NCBI GenBank assembly: GCA_012295275.1
Contig: CM022678.1
Coordinates: 10,788,001 to 10,852,000 of the forward strand
Length of the DNA: 64,000 nt
Reading direction: 5' to 3'
Source of the DNA: Chrysomallon squamiferum
Taxonomy: Eukaryota > Animalia > Mollusca
The notes beneath the pieces were generated by a model. That model had not been told where the DNA came from. It was given only the letters and a program-made list of their open reading frames with translations, and searched no databases. Below, piece after piece: positions 62,330-64,000 of the stretch. Each line of letters starts with the position of its first letter. Position 1 is the first letter of the stretch. Position numbers and translations under genes: made by a program.

Positions 62330-64000
62330 TTCAGTTTTAATTGTCTCTAAGGACATGATTTACTATTGGTCTCTGTTATCTTTTCTGTCTTCAATATTTA
62401 TCTCTGTGCGTGTGTGTGTGTATGCGCGCGTGCGTGTGCGTGTGTGTGTGATATATATTTCTGTATTTATATTTATTCATCTGCATGTGTATAAATTTAT
62501 AACTTATGTTCATATTTTTCTTTTATTTGTCAAACATGTCTTCTTATTTATTTGAACTCAGGTTTCCATTCCAACATTCTCTTTTTACGTCTGTGTCCAG
62601 TTTAATAAATGAATATTTAGTACTTTTTTTTAAAACTAATGTAAGTATGTAATGTGTTCATAAATATAAATTATGATCAAAGTCAAAATAAAAAGCATTT
62701 ATGATCAACATATCTTTTTATAGTTTCATAAAAAACAACAGTAAAAAAAAAAAATTATTTCTTTGCTAAGATGTTTCAGAAACGTATATACATCTGTAAT
62801 TAATAACACACTGAAGTTTTTCTCCGATCAAGTTGAATTACTAGAAGAAAGAATCAGTCTGTTTTTTCAGATTACAATTTCGACATTTTTTTATCAACTT
62901 ACTCCAATTACTTAAAGGAATATAAGAAAACTATGTACTGGGATTTCATTGATTTTGAAGTTATTATATTAACTGACTGTATTTCGTATCAGTATTCAAT
63001 ATGCATGATGGCATAACAACTAGAATTATGCAAATGGCTGTAAATGGAGAGATTTCTTTGCAAGTAGGATTAACAAAAAGGATCACACAATTTTTATTTT
63101 ATTCATATAAAAGTGATCCAGTATCAAGTTTAACCATAAGCATTCTATTAGAATATTCTCTTTCAATTGTTTAAGCAACCTTTTTACATATACACATAAT
63201 AATAAAGAAATATGATTATATATAGCTACACGTCAATATTACTTAGCTTTCTTATTTCTAGATAAGGATAAATGTAACTTCATTTTCATTCAAAGACTCT
63301 CATGTAAAAATACCTTTAAATGTACATAGTTATAAATACAAATCATAGATTTTGGGAATGTATGTACAGACAACCAGATGTAAAGAAAACGCTATTTCTG
63401 AAATTAATATAATCTGTTATAACAGTAATAATCAACTGATGAAAGTTCAGATGACGTCAAATGGCTACTGTCGTGATGTTGTAGTAGTAGCAGTGGTAAT
63501 ACTAGTAGCAACAGTAGTAATAGTAGTGCTAATAGTAGAAGTAAATTTGTTATCTAGCAAATTACTCAAAACTCATATTCTTAATTAACTTATGCTAAAT
63601 GTTGTTTATTACAAAACATTATATGACATTTGATGGTTACATTTTCTTCTTTATTTCACAGATTATCACTTTTTTATTGAGATATCAACAGTCATTTCTC
63701 GAACATTTCTCTTAAAAATGGGACTTCGTGTGCTAATCTAGATACCAGCTTGTTGGAAATATTTCGCATGAACTCCACATTTAAAACGCCTCTCACCACC
63801 GTGTCTTCATGTGACGTTTTAGAACATCTCCTCGTGAGAAACATTTTGCACAAACCTCACATTTGAAAGACTTCTCACCAGTACGGACCTTCACGTGACG
63901 TTTTACATGTTGATCCTGTGAGAAGAAATATCAACAAACTTCACATTTAACAGATTTATCTCCAACATGGATCTTCATGTGACATTTTAAACTCCAACGC
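61537..64000. repeat. Segmental duplication unit 3 (partial, runs off the window)
   Basis: Colinear with 41189-43430 and 24539-28170. Confidence 0.9.
63750..64000 (-). pseudogene. Degenerate 3' fingers of the ZNF A paralog A'' (continues beyond the window)
   Basis: Near-identical to 27950-28170, with decayed finger units. Confidence 0.7.

Overview
AT-rich, intron- and microsatellite-rich animal genomic DNA, not prokaryotic. A lophotrochozoan origin, possibly mollusc or cephalopod, is my inference from protein similarity, human-like intron positions and the C2H2 cluster. After a 200-N gap (82-281), the first ~11 kb holds MRM3/RNMTL1 (+), UFD1 (-, with a U12 minor-spliceosome intron) and the first three exons of CDC45 (+), head-to-head with UFD1 as in human. 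All three genes carry many 1-nt indels, which suggests low-accuracy consensus or a decaying duplicate. From 14 to 24.5 kb lie minus-strand exons of a truncated CAMSAP/patronin copy, followed by exons of an unidentified gene, with ISL2EU/Harbinger-type and Tx1/L1 transposon remnants in the introns. From ~24.5 kb to the end is a tandem segmental duplication (units ~16.7 kb, ~20.3 kb and a partial third) carrying finger-only C2H2 zinc-finger genes: four intact ORFs, one 24-finger frame broken by three in-frame stops, and three pseudogenes. Finger arrays are reshuffled between near-identical paralogs, the start codon was recruited from inside a dead finger, and several deletion junctions are visible. 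Gene identities come from my recall of the protein families, not from database searches.
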